Shown one piece after another: positions 1 to 11,384 of a stretch of DNA of 58,018 nucleotides. This stretch comes from Macrostomum lignano (Eukaryota), in contig NIVC01004147.1 of assembly GCA_002269645.1 (NCBI GenBank), positions 1 through 58,018 of the forward strand. The letters are read 5' to 3'. The first letter of the stretch is position 1. Each line of letters begins with the position of its first letter. A program made the translations under genes and the position numbers. Under the pieces are notes generated by a model. The model was not told the origin of the DNA. It made no database searches and was given only the letters and a program-made list of their open reading frames with translations.

Positions 1-842
1 TGTTCTAGTTTCGTTTCGCTCATCTCGACACATGTAGGCCGTGTATGCAACATCAATATCCTTCTCTATTGCCTTAAGATAGTCGCTTTAGTGCAGTCTT
101 TGGCTCAATGACTTCCAAATACAGCTCGATTCCGGTTAGCTTCACCTCCATCCTTGTGTGATCCGCCCCAGTCCACAACACTCTACTGCGATCATCTCTA
201 GTCATCTAAAGGTGTAGCTAAAGTTACTAGTCAGTCGATTAAATGTATTACAGAATCCACTCATAAATCTCAGTGTACAAATACATCAACAGACCGATAC
301 AGCGGGTTTTTAGCAGCATCATCAGCACCTTGCAATGCATAGTTGTATCTCTTCTTCCTCTTTTTATAGCCACTGTCATTGATGTCTCTTCTTTTTCATC
401 TGCAATAAAACCCGCACCACTTCCCAACTGAATAAAATCAGGATTCTCGATCAAACAATGAGCGTCATAGGACAATTCCAAAGTATGGCGATTCGCTCCA
501 ACTCTCGTGCTCCATTCGATACACTAAACTCCTTGAACATGTACGCCCAAAAGTTACTGATCAGAGCCACATCCGCATCATGCTTGTCAACGTTAGCACG
601 AGCCGCATCCGCACCACCTTTTGTCTTGAATTGAAATGTCATATGGAAGCCTCTTAAGACTGTGCACACTAACCAGAGACGAACATCCATTGTATGTAAA
701 TGTCAGTGTTTGACCTGGACCAAATTAGTTTCATTCTGGTTCTCGTGACTCGGAACTCTAACTGTGTCGCTTTGATTGTGCTATCATCACTAAAAATAGG
801 CTTGTTAATTTTGTAGAAAACTGGTGTCAGTGGGTCGTTCAT
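1..842 (-). CDS. Major capsid protein (double jelly-roll, Polinton/adintovirus type), N-terminal part, multiply frameshifted
   Basis: AAAAAATG start at 842 (MNDPLTPVFYKINKPIFSDDS). Stitched frames give ALISNFWAYMFKEFSVSNGARELE, GYKKRK, LRFMSGFCNTFNRLTSNFSYTF and VKLTGIELYLEVIEP, which follow the Polinton MCP pattern (N..F..i....ng..ie; PL...GFc..y; k..i..i.l....P). Continues beyond position 1. Confidence 0.75.
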
Positions 843-874
843 TTTTTAACTAAAAATAATAAATAAAATAAGAA

Positions 875-2029
875 ATGAAGCGGAAAAGTTCATATCATAT
901 CTCTGAACTAGAAAAGCTGGCGCAAGCAGAGAAACGAGTTACCGGACTAATCAACAAAGAACAACAATCTTACAATGAATTCGTCCAAGCAGCCACCGAA
1001 TTTCACAAACCTGGATACACAGAAGCGAAGAAAAACATCGACACTGTGAAGGAAACAATTGATGATATTCAAGAGAGCCAATTGCAAAACACATTTGGGT
1101 AAAATCCCATCTTCACCGGAACAACCACAGGCTCAGCAACCAGGACAACCAGTGCAGATGAATGTGACGGATAACTTTTTTGGCCCCGTAATGGTTGATG
1201 GAAAATATATTTTTGGAATTAGCGCCTGGCGAAAAGAAATTACCAAGGAACCGGTGGATTACAACATTGAAGTGACAAAGGAAAATATTTCAATCAATAA
1301 AGGTGTAGAAACTAAAAGAATCCCCTACACTAAAACTTTACTTGATTACATGACTAAAAATCTAGAGAAAACGTCTGAAAAGCAGCTAAAAAATTACAAA
1401 GATCTTGTTACCTTCGCTTTAGAGAGGGACATAGACATTCTCAAGAACAACGGTGTTTTGAAAGTTTTACATGAAAACAGGATTGACTTGAACAGGTTTA
1501 GAAAATACAAATACTTTAAACAATGGTTTGGTTGCCAGATCAGTTGGAAGTCATAAAATATCTAGAACAACAACAGCAGCAACCACAACAACAGCAACAA
1601 CCACAGCAACCACAACCTCCACAGCAACAAAAAACCCAGGTTGATCAAGTACTTGATCAACTTGACGCCGCAGAACCGATTCTTGTTTCGCAGTACAAAG
1701 ATACAAACCCTGATACTTGGCGACAATTAGAGCGGCTCTCCCCAGAACGAATGAAGCGAATCAATGACAGATTATTCACACCTCAACAAAGACAAGCGCC
1801 ACATGACAGTTCCTCCTCTGACCAATCATTCGAATCACCTCCAAGCTCTTCCGGAAAAGGCATGCCTGAATTCTACAAGCGGTTAGCTGTTCTTCTAGGA
1901 GCGGCAAAGACTGGAATGAAAGACGAGAATAGAAAAGAGTTCGTTCATATCCTAGACAAAATGCTTGAGAGAAAATGCATCGATAAAAGAGCAAGAGAAC
2001 TTTTGCTTTCACGGTTTAACAAAAAATAA
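875..2029 (+). CDS. Hypothetical viral protein (Q-rich), probably one gene split by two frameshifts
   Basis: Three overlapping ORFs (875, 1059, 1523). The C-terminus FYKRLAVLLGAAKTGMKDENRKEFVHILDKML resembles the RL.lL.a...aGn....E...i...L motif common in Polinton hypothetical proteins. Confidence 0.55.
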
Positions 2030-2045
2030 ATTTCTATTTAAAAAG

Positions 2046-2423
2046 ATGCCAATTATTTTCGAAAAAGACATTGACAAATACTACGACAAAGAGGAACTTA
2101 ATCTCATTAAACGCGGATCTGGACTTTTCCCTGCAGGCCACTATCCAAGAAAAGAACGCTCTGGGAATGGCCTTGCTGATTTGATCGCTCAGGGGCCAAG
2201 ATTTTTAAGGTCATTGGAGAGAAAAAGAGAACATCAAGAACGTTGCCGAAGCGGCTGGCAGTGTAGCCACAGCAGCCAAGAGATTAAAGATACGGTTAAT
2301 GAAACCCAGAAATCAATACCAGATATTCAACCCCTTGCACTGAGTGCAGATAGTGTCGATCCAGCCATCTACGCAAAGATGAGAGCTGAATATAAGAAAG
2401 GAGGCGGTTTTAAATTTGACTAA
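2046..2423 (+). CDS. Putative virion core/maturation-substrate protein with GxG motifs
   Basis: ATG at 2046 after an A-rich leader. Contains KRGSGL, RSGNGLADLIAQG and C-terminal KKGGGFKFD; probably one internal frameshift. Confidence 0.55.
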   Translation: MPIIFEKDIDKYYDKEELNLIKRGSGLFPAGHYPRKERSGNGLADLIAQGPRFLRSLERKREHQERCRSGWQCSHSSQEIKDTVNETQKSIPDIQPLALSADSVDPAIYAKMRAEYKKGGGFKFD

Positions 2424-2617
2424 TTTGGTGCACCCTGACGGTAAAAGAGGTGTGAGGGTGTAGGACTAGTCGGATGTAGGACTAGTCAAAAAAAGACACA
2501 CACAACCCGAAAAAAAGACACCACATCCGTAAAGAGACACACACATACACATCCCGCAAAGAGACACACGCGTCTTAAATACACAAGTTTAAAAAGAAAA
2601 ATTTTTTTACATAAAAA

Positions 2618-3415
2618 ATGGACTTCACAAACGACTTTCATCCCCACTGGACACGCAATCAGATAAAATTTGCTCACAACGAGATAATTCCAGGCATTTC
2701 CGATGCATTGTTGTTGGCTCATCTGGGTCAGGGAAAACCTTCAGAGTTTTTAACATGCTCCTCAGACCTGGATTCCTCGATTATGACACACTACATATCT
2801 ATTCACCCACTCTGTATCAAGATGAGTATAAAATGCTAGTAGCGGGCCTACAGAACAAACTCAACAAGGAAGATATTATTCAATGTTTTAGACATCAAAA
2901 AGACCTCAACAGCAACCCGGAAGTTGTAGCCACTGAATACGCAAAACACATCCCAGACAATGAAAAATGGCAAAACATTAAAGTTTTCACTTATGGAGAT
3001 CCACAGATAGATCCTAAAACTAAACTCTTACCTCAACCTGATGAACTAGAAAAGGGGAGAAAGCACCTGATTGTCTTTGATGACTGCATGACCGGTCCCA
3101 GAAACAGATAGAAAATTATTTCACCCGGGTAGACACAATAACTGCAATGTTATTTACATTGCCCAAAACTGGTTTGAACTGCCAAATAAAACAATTAGAG
3201 GTAACTGTAATTTGATTCTCCTTTTCCCAACCATACCACAGGATCGACTGAAACGATTTTATAATGAGGTCATTGCCCCAGCTCACATTACATATCCAGC
3301 TAAGAACTCTAACAGAACAATATCACAGGAGGAATTTGTTAACATATGCTATGAAAAGTGGAACCAACCCTATCAGTTTGTCATGATTAATAAGGAGAAA
3401 AGAATTTTACTTTAA
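2618..3415 (+). CDS. A32/FtsK-like genome-packaging ATPase (frameshifted)
   Basis: Stitched frames: RCIVVGSSGSGKT (Walker A, 2716-2739), HLIVFDDCM (Walker B), FTRGRHNNCNVIYIAQNWFELPNKTIRGNCN (A32 motif). Confidence 0.92.
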
Positions 3416-3431
3416 TTTTTTATTTAAAAAA

Positions 3432-4166
3432 ATGTCTATTAATTTTGCAGGTGAGTCAACTACAGGCAACAGCACTCTCACAACTTCCTTCCTTGATAAG
3501 CGCTACATTAACACTGATGAGGAGATCCCAGAGATCAAACTGAATAAAAACAGACTGAAACAATTAGAACGTTCCATGCACCAGTTGCAAATGAACATGG
3601 AAGATCTCAGGCTTAAAGTAGCTAGACAGAAGTTTGACAGTGATAAGCTTTATGTGCCGTTGTTAAACGCAACTAATGAACTAAGGTCAGAAATAACTTC
3701 GATAGTCTCGCAAATCAACGGCTTAAGATCATCAGTTAATCTTCTGGGAAATTCCATTGATAGACGGATGCGTATTCTTGAAGGAGGAGTTTTCACAAAC
3801 ACAGCTAAAGTGAATAATTTAGAAGAGTTCATGAACCAGTCAACAGCATTGCATGATAGAATTAAAGAAAACGTCGCAACCAACACAGTTAAAGTGAGGA
3901 ATTTAGAAGAGTTCATGAACCAGTCAACAGCGTTGCATGATAGAATTAAAGAAAAACTTGAAGCATTAAAGAGAAACGATGTATCACACAGTAGCTATCT
4001 AAACGGAATGTATAGCTCTTGGGGTAAAATACTAAGGAGGCTTAATCGTCTGGAGAGAACACTCAATCTTCGTGATATTGCTATTGATGAAGCAGAATCT
4101 ACTGCTCGTCCGGTCGTTACTGCAGATGAAATTATCAAAAAGAAAACAGATCTTCAAACCGGGTAG
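3432..4166 (+). CDS. Coiled-coil protein, candidate fibre/receptor-binding protein
   Basis: Intact 244-aa ORF with long heptad periodicity and an internal 84-nt (28-aa) duplication at 3789 and 3873. Confidence 0.6.
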   Translation: MSINFAGESTTGNSTLTTSFLDKRYINTDEEIPEIKLNKNRLKQLERSMHQLQMNMEDLRLKVARQKFDSDKLYVPLLNATNELRSEITSIVSQINGLRSSVNLLGNSIDRRMRILEGGVFTNTAKVNNLEEFMNQSTALHDRIKENVATNTVKVRNLEEFMNQSTALHDRIKEKLEALKRNDVSHSSYLNGMYSSWGKILRRLNRLERTLNLRDIAIDEAESTARPVVTADEIIKKKTDLQTG

Positions 4167-4200
4167 TTTTGTAATTTTTTTATTTTTTCTAGAGAAAAAA

Positions 4201-4912
4201 ATGGCCCAACAAAATTCTCTATACGATCAGTCTCAATACGTTGAACCTAAAATACCGACAGCACCAAACCCAATGGCACCGAATTCGAACACACAAAGCC
4301 TGGCACCGAATCTGAATGCACCCAATATGAGCAGCAAAAACTCTACCCCGTCATTACTTGTAACTCTCAACAGTTTTGACTGGTGGAGATTCAAAAAATG
4401 CGCGATGATCTTGAAAAAATATTTTCCACAACACAAAGAAAATTAAGCGCTATGACAACCACTGTAAATTTTTCGACTACAGCAATATGATTCTAGGATC
4501 TGTGTCTGTTCTAACTGGGTCTGCTGCAGCTGTCTCAGTGTTGCTAGTCATCACAGCCCCAATCGCAATCCCGCTCGGCTCTGTGGGTGCTGCATGTGGA
4601 CTTATTTCAGCAATTACTGGAGCAGTAGCGCGAAACAGGCGAAAAAAACTAAAGCAGCTACAGGAGAAGCAAGTAAAAGAGAAAGGAGTGCACACTTCAA
4701 TCATAGGGTACATTTCAAGGGCAATCGAGGATAAGCTCATTTCAGAGGATGAGTTCAAAACCATTCAGGATCTTTATGAACAATCAATTCGAATGAACTT
4801 GAACATGGTCGGTACTGATGACATGAGTCAGCTGAAAAATGAACTCGAGAAAGTTTTTCAACATTATGCGGAAAGAAAGTCGGCAAGAAGAACGGTGAGA
4901 AATGCACAATGA
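4201..4912 (+). CDS. Conserved Polinton protein with hydrophobic helical hairpin (membrane-active candidate), frameshifted
   Basis: Stitched frames: F.LVEIQKMRDDLE, then hydrophobic ILGSVSVLTGSAAAVSVLLVITAPIAIPLGSVGAACGLISAITG, basic RNRRKKLK, and ISRAIEDKLISEDEF. This layout is typical of a recurrent Polinton/adintovirus ORF. Confidence 0.6.
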
Positions 4913-4916
4913 ACCC

Positions 4917-5317
4917 CTATGAAACACAGGTACGAATAATTTCCTTGTAGGTCTTTCGTGTTTTGGTCATTGCATACAAAACAGTCATGCACAGCTCACC
5001 GCAAATATCACTGCTAAGACCTTGAAGAATAAAGTCTGAGTGGTAAATTTTTTTATTATTTTCCCCTTCATATAATTTCTTAGCTCTTCTGGTACTGCCG
5101 TCCCATAGCTATCAAAGTAATAACACTTGTGCTTGCGATCGGGATCAATCACCCAGCAAACCCAATGAGATCCTGGCTTATCGGTGGTGTCAAAGTTCAT
5201 GATGCCGCATTCCTTTCTTAGAGGAAAATCAGGCAGAGTGTCCCTCATAAATATTCCTCTAAAGTTTGGGATTTCCAGTTCGTTAGCCAAATCTTCAAGA
5301 AAGTTATTTGTCGTCAT
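4917..5317 (-). CDS. Adenain-like cysteine maturation protease (one frameshift near 5060)
   Basis: GSHW (His), YFDSYG (Asp), and after a -1 frameshift LQGLSSDICGELC (oxyanion Gln and catalytic Cys); stop TAG at 4917-4919. Confidence 0.9.
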
Positions 5318-5381
5318 TTTTATGTCACATTTTATGAGGTTTATTAAACTTTCTCTTAAACCTAAACCCAATCTCCACCTC

Positions 5382-8300
5382 CTAAACCCAACCTCCTAAG
5401 CCTAATCTCCAATGCCCGAACGGCAGACTGTTGATATTGTCATCAAAAATGAATCTCTTGTTATCTGCACCTGACAGTCCAATCTTCTTTTGCTGAATTG
5501 TGTGAATAATATGGTTTTTAGATTGTAGCTTTGAGAACTCATGAGATGTCTTTTTGTTGCAATTCAAGGCGTCTCTGTATTCAGCTTCATTAATTTCCTT
5601 CCTAACCACACGTTTCGGAATTCCCTTTGATTTTTTAATTGGGTCTGACGACTCACATTTTACAAAATAGGACTTTGCTCTCAACCCAATGAATTCAGTG
5701 ATTATGTCACCAGCAATCTCGTCCTTCATTTTCCCAATCACTTTCTTGTTAGTGGCGTCAAACACTTGATCGCCCTTCTGTGTCCTGCAAGATTCATCAT
5801 ACTCAGACAAGTCAAACAAATCTTTTTGCTGCAGCATGTCCTGATAAATGTCTTCTGTTTGAATGTCCATAATAAAACTGTCTGTGTCAGTGTACAAGAG
5901 TTTCATTTTATCCTTGTACTGCTGCTTCATGCCATAGAAGAACTGGTACATCAGACGTTTTGATTCGTCGAGTACAGTGACACCTGTATAGATCGGCTTG
6001 CGCAGCGTCACCTTAGTTTTGTAAAATATGATCACACCTAAGTAGCTATTAAAGATATGGAGTTCTTTGAATGTTGGCTTTGACATATTTGCCTGAATAA
6101 CAGCAGGCTCTGATGAGGTAACAAGTTTCAGGTTTGTTCTTTTCCGCTCATTTTCAAGAGTCTTGCCATAGACAGAGTTGTTGGCTAACTTAAAGAGGTT
6201 CTTGTCAAAGTCGTTGGTTGCTTTGGTCCTAAACTGGTGTTCTTATCAATGTAGGGTTTCATCCACGCTTCCTCTGTAAATGTAAGAGCCCGGTGAACTT
6301 TGGTGACCCTGCAACCAAGTGAGATAAAATACTGAAGCAGTTTGTAATGGATTTTGTAACGTGTCTTGTTGTTTAGATTCTGTGTTAGTTTCTCTGTATG
6401 TTCTTTTTCTGTTCCTGACAGGTGCCAAGTTCCATTAATATCATTGGGAGTTTCGATTATTTTCGGGCACTTGATGTTCTCTGGGAAGGGTGGAAAGTCA
6501 GAGAAATAGTCGTGAAGCTCTGGTGGAATGTAAACATCAACCTCATAAATGGCAGCCAATGAAAAGTCCCATTTGAATTCTGATGAGGGTAGCCATCGAA
6601 AATCTCTAACTGGAAGATCTTGACTCATCGCCCACCCGTAGAGATTATTAGCGTCCAAGTAAGTAATGTAGTTTGAGGGCTGCTCCTTATTGTAAGATTC
6701 AATGTAGGGATTGTTTGCTTTTGCATACCTGTTAACGCAAATTGAGATTCCCCCTCGCTTTGACGATTCGACAAAATTGTACATGTCAATGTCTGTAAGA
6801 AGTTCAATGTACCAATCTGGATCTTGATCCCATTTCATTTTAAGCAAAGATTCCCAGCTGTGGCAGGCAGAGACACATAATGTGCTGGATCGAGGCCATA
6901 TGCTGTGTACCAGGTATATCTGAAGGTTTCAAACACATCAGCCAGCAGAAACACATCTGTGAAGAGGTAAAGCAGGTGATACTGGAAGAAGTTTTGACAA
7001 TTAAAGTAATTATAGACATGCTTCGCGTGCTCATAGTCATTGTCAGAGATTCCAGAGTCTGTTAGCTTTGAAAAGAACTTTTCTTTTGGTGGTAAACCTT
7101 CGTCAAATACGTGATACCCAGTAATATTTTCATAGGGGTAGAAGCCTTTGGTTCTCAGGAGTTTAAATGATTCATCACTGTTGTAAATTTTACTTGCAAA
7201 CATCTTTGTATATGTACATTGTTCATCTTTTAGATTCTTGCTTAGTTCGTCTAGACTGGCAGCTAGAAATTGATATGAATCCTTCAGTCTTATCTTACCT
7301 GTACCCGAATTATCCTGTTTAATATCAACACACTTAAACTTCTCCTTGTTCTCTGCGATGCAGTCAAGGTGTATGTCTGGAATCATGCCGATTTTTTCAA
7401 CTATTAAATGCATGTCATAGTTCTTTGCGTTGTGACAAAATATCGTTAGATCATGAATGTTCGATTTTAGCTTTAGATTACAGGTGTTATGCGCTGCACC
7501 TCTAAATTTCCCAGTAAAGTGGCAGTGGTCCCTAACGGTGGGGTTTTTAATATTAGTGCAAGTTAACTGTTTCCTGCAGATGTGGCAATGAGTTGCTGAT
7601 AGGAAATTGCTTTCATCCTCCTCAGACATACTTATTGGAACAGGTTGAAGGGTGCTAATCACTTTTTGCAACTCTAACATTCTGGCAATAAACTGCTCCA
7701 CACACTGCTCTCCAAAGAAATAATTATACTCAACAAGTCCTTTTGTAGTAATAAAGTCATATGCTACTGAATTGGGGACATGTTTTTGAGTTTGAGTTCG
7801 TTTTTGAGTTTCTGGCATGATTGAGCATTCGAAATCAGCATATACAACAAATGGGAGCTTCTCCATCTTATGATAGTTCTTAAACCGGAGATACTTCTCT
7901 TCAGCTGAAGGAAGAGAGCAGTTTGTTGGGTGATCCTCGCATGATAATTCATGCTCTGCTAGTTTTTCAAAGCGTTCAGGTCCACTGTAATGTTTAAGGC
8001 ACAAGCGGCAGATGGCAACAGCCTCGTGATGATTATTCAACTGCTTGTGAATGAGTCTTGAAAGATCTTTAATCCAAACATAGTGAGCCTCCTCTAGTAA
8101 ATTACCAATCACTAGAAGATCCACTTCAGTCCGCCTTTTCCCCTCGGGATCTAAAACGTCTTTGCTACATCTGACTGGTTGAACTTTCTCAGTTTTCTCA
8201 CTCCACTCAAAGACTGTGATTCTAATTTTGTTATTAAACACTTCTTCTAGCTTTGGGATCTGAGAGATCGCCAAGCCTCCTTTATCAAACCTGATTCCCT

Positions 8301-9243
8301 TCTTTTCACATTCGATGAGATAGTAGTCGAAATAATTTTGATAATTTGAGGTTCTTTCGGGGTGGTGAGGGACACTATCATGAAGAAGTGCAGAAAGTAC
8401 TGCCCATAGAGCACAGCAATTGTCTTTATTTTTAACATTTATGCAAGCTTTTTTGCCGGTTAGCTTATGCGGGAGCTCTATATAAGAGGAGGCTTTAAGT
8501 GGGTCATATTTCATGACCATGACAGTCGCTCTTTGAATCCCTCCCACGACCCATCCGGAACCTCTGGATGTAAACGCTTCAATTTTCTTATTGACATCTT
8601 GAAGGAAAGGATCCAGTGTGTCTGTTGGGGTGAATGGCTTTGCCTTTGTTGTCATGTAATACTCGAGATGCTCAGTGGGTTTTGCAGGCATATAAAACGC
8701 AATCTTGAATGATATCTGTAGTTTAAAGGTCTTGCGTGTTTTGAGTGTGGGATCAACAACTGATTGGATGCTGTCTTTATAGTCGTAGATGTTTGCGGTG
8801 GTGTTGTTGGTGGCGTTAATTTGGTTGGTGTCGTTTATTGGGATTGAGTACTCTATGTAATGTTCTGTAAACTTCCTCTGTGCAAAATTAATCTCTTCAA
8901 TGGCAAGCTCCGACTCTTATAAATGGATTAATTGCTCTAATTTCTCTTGTTCCTGCTTATTTTGTGGGTACTTTGCTTTTTCACCAGTGAGAGTTTCGTA
9001 TTTGTTAATTAAGTTGCGACTCCTCTCTTGGTGTTCCTTTGCAGGATTTTTTATAGGCGCATACTGGTTGGATTCTAATTGATTGATGATTTCCAACTGT
9101 TTTTCATAGCTTCCCAGGTGACCAGGGTCGGTGTTAAAATTTTGCTTGCATGCTTTTCTTAGTAAATTACTTTTGTCTTGAAATGAGACGCCTTTTGAAA
9201 AATATTTGTTGACTAAATCTTTTGCTGGATTGGCTTTTGGCAT
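5382..9243 (-). CDS. Protein-primed family B DNA polymerase (~1290 aa when frameshifts near 8925, 6865 and 6235 are corrected)
   Basis: ExoI YADFE, ExoII HNAKNYD, ExoIII YLFTDVFLL, PolA YLDANNLYG, PolB KLANNSVYGK, PolC YTDTDS, endonuclease-VII-like VRDHCHFTGKFRGAAHNTCN, and a long N-terminal extension. Confidence 0.97.
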
Positions 9244-9366
9244 TTTTTCTCTAAAATAAAAAAAAATTTTGAGGGTGACCACCCTGATAGAAAAGTTGAA
9301 CTGTTTCTACATCCTATCAGTAGCGTTAGGTTTATGAAGCTGGATAAAGTGGGGTTTTAAACCTCA

Positions 9367-9813
9367 TCACATGCGCATTATTGTAAACCCAGCATTGTGC
9401 AGTGTCATGATGGCTTTGACAATGTCAGACTTGCTTACAGAATTTTCATGCTCACAATCATCACGATCGGGGCAACCATCTCCTGCCTTAATTGTTATAC
9501 CTTTGTCTCTTGCAATCTTTTGCAATTCTAGCTGGTGGGCTCTATCATTACCAGCTTTAACAGCAGTTGCTACACCTCCAGCTACACCACCTGCGGCACT
9601 TACAGCGCCTGCAATGATTGGAATAAGAGCTGCTAATGGTAGGATTCCTCCTGACTTTTCATCTGTGATGCTGTGTCTTTGTTCATTACATTGAACTATT
9701 TGCTGCGTGGGATCGATTTTTACTTTGATACCTTTAATTGATTTAAGACCTGGTTTCTTTGATTCAATGATTTTATTGAGTTTATTGATGGTTCTGGTTT
9801 CAATCTTTGTCAT
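9367..9813 (-). CDS. Adenovirus protein X (pX/mu)-like virion precursor
   Basis: KSGG|ILPLAALIPIIAGAVSAAGGVAGG closely parallels the adenovirus pX segment GGILPLLIPLIAAAIGAVPG; basic N-terminus. Confidence 0.7.
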   Translation of the reverse strand: MTKIETRTINKLNKIIESKKPGLKSIKGIKVKIDPTQQIVQCNEQRHSITDEKSGGILPLAALIPIIAGAVSAAGGVAGGVATAVKAGNDRAHQLELQKIARDKGITIKAGDGCPDRDDCEHENSVSKSDIVKAIMTLHNAGFTIMRM

Positions 9814-9830
9814 TTTTTTATTTTAATATT

Positions 9831-10868
9831 TTAATTAATTTCCGTGTCAGCTGGTATCACTAGGAGTTCAGCTCTAGTGAATGACCATGTGGGGGATTTA
9901 GGGTTAAAGGCTTGAGATAAAAAGTAATAGTCACCGGAGTCGGAGGTAAAATGTCTGTCAATTTTATGTACATCAAGGCTGAAGTATGGATCTGTAGCTC
10001 TTCTTTTGGTGTTCTTCTCTAGCTCTCCATGTAGATATAAAAAGCGTAGAAACTCAGAGTTTGTCAGTATGTATGGTGATTCAACTCCTGGAAGCTTAGG
10101 GTAGTTCGAGGTGTGTTTTGTGTTGTGTGTGTTGTGTGGGGTTGTCGTGTTGTTGTCTGTTCTATGAGATGCCTTAAGTTCGACAGTGTCTTGTTTAATT
10201 GCATGGGACGGTTTCAATCCAGTCATGCGTGTGACTTCATTGTTCAGTTGTTCTATAACAGTGGGGAGGCGGTCTGTCCATTTTGTATAGTATTGGCCCG
10301 CACTCAGTTTGAGTTCTTGTGCTGTCTGCTTAGTGAATAGTCTCTTGGCTAGAGTTAGATTGAATCTTTCCACAAAAGCCTGGTCTCTGTGCAAGTCTGT
10401 TCTGCCATAGCGAATCTCTGCATTTTTCTTTTCCATAAGGGATTTGACTGCACCCATGAATTCTTTACCAGGGTCCGTCATAAAGATTTGGGGGTATGTG
10501 AGCGGAGAGTTTTTATAAATATCTTGGAGTGCGGTTGCAACTGCTTCTGACTTCTTCGTCTTAAGCGGTCTTGCTTCCTTATATCTGGAGGCAACGTCTG
10601 TAATTGTGAGAGCATACTTGTAGCCCGAGTCATTGGGTAGAAACAGAAGATCTGCTTGGTGCGCCTCATTAGGTTTATAAATACTGAAATGGGGCCTTTC
10701 AAATTTTACTGGTGGGAAATAGACTTGAAAGACAGCCTGCTTAGAGAGCCACTTTTCTACTTTAGCTTTTGGTTCCTTACTTAGTTCTGCGAGTTTGATG
10801 ACTGCATTTTTTCCTACAAAGAATCCTTTGTCACTGTAGTAGAGCTTTTTAAGTTTCTGATCTGTCAT
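9831..10868 (-). CDS. Retroviral-type (rve) DDE integrase of Polinton class
   Basis: Intact 345-aa ORF with HQADL (D), TDPGKEF (D), VERFN (E) and C-terminal RRATDP...TRAELL; no obvious chromodomain. Confidence 0.95.
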   Translation of the reverse strand: MTDQKLKKLYYSDKGFFVGKNAVIKLAELSKEPKAKVEKWLSKQAVFQVYFPPVKFERPHFSIYKPNEAHQADLLFLPNDSGYKYALTITDVASRYKEARPLKTKKSEAVATALQDIYKNSPLTYPQIFMTDPGKEFMGAVKSLMEKKNAEIRYGRTDLHRDQAFVERFNLTLAKRLFTKQTAQELKLSAGQYYTKWTDRLPTVIEQLNNEVTRMTGLKPSHAIKQDTVELKASHRTDNNTTTPHNTHNTKHTSNYPKLPGVESPYILTNSEFLRFLYLHGELEKNTKRRATDPYFSLDVHKIDRHFTSDSGDYYFLSQAFNPKSPTWSFTRAELLVIPADTEIN

Positions 10869-10897
10869 TTTTTAAAAATAAAATTTTAAATAAAATA

Positions 10898-11293
10898 ATG
10901 CAACGCTCTGGTGGTAAGTTAGATTCACATGGACTGATAGAAAAGCTTCCTCATCCAAACAAAGGCTGGACAGTTCCCGGGTACAAATATTGCGGGCCTT
11001 TAAATCAACTTGAAATACAGTTAGATAAAAACAATAATCCAAATCCTGGGCATGAGCCTGTGAATGAGCTAGACTCTGTCTGCATGTGGCATGACGTTAA
11101 ATATAGAGATTTTCCTGAGGAGAAGAATCGCTGGGACAAAGAAATGCTTAGGAGACTAGACAATATAGGGGCTTCAAGCGGATTTCGCGAGTCTATTGCT
11201 CGGAAGCTAGTTAAAGCTGTTATTTTTAGTAAGGCAAAGTTGGGATTACCAAGGAGACATTATCATTCATTAATACCTATCTATTCTATTTGA
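10898..11293 (+). CDS. Parvovirus VP1u-like phospholipase A2 domain protein (PLA2X type)
   Basis: VPGYKYCGP (Ca-binding loop, cf. YLGPG), PVNELDSVCMWHDVKY (catalytic HD), and K.KLGL near the C-terminus. Confidence 0.88.
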   Translation: MQRSGGKLDSHGLIEKLPHPNKGWTVPGYKYCGPLNQLEIQLDKNNNPNPGHEPVNELDSVCMWHDVKYRDFPEEKNRWDKEMLRRLDNIGASSGFRESIARKLVKAVIFSKAKLGLPRRHYHSLIPIYSI

Positions 11294-11384
11294 CATGGTA
11301 TGTTTTCTAGCGACTTGCATGAGTCACTTCTATTGGATGCTAAAATTAAAACTTTTTGGCAGACGTTTTGAGCAGTTCAAATAA

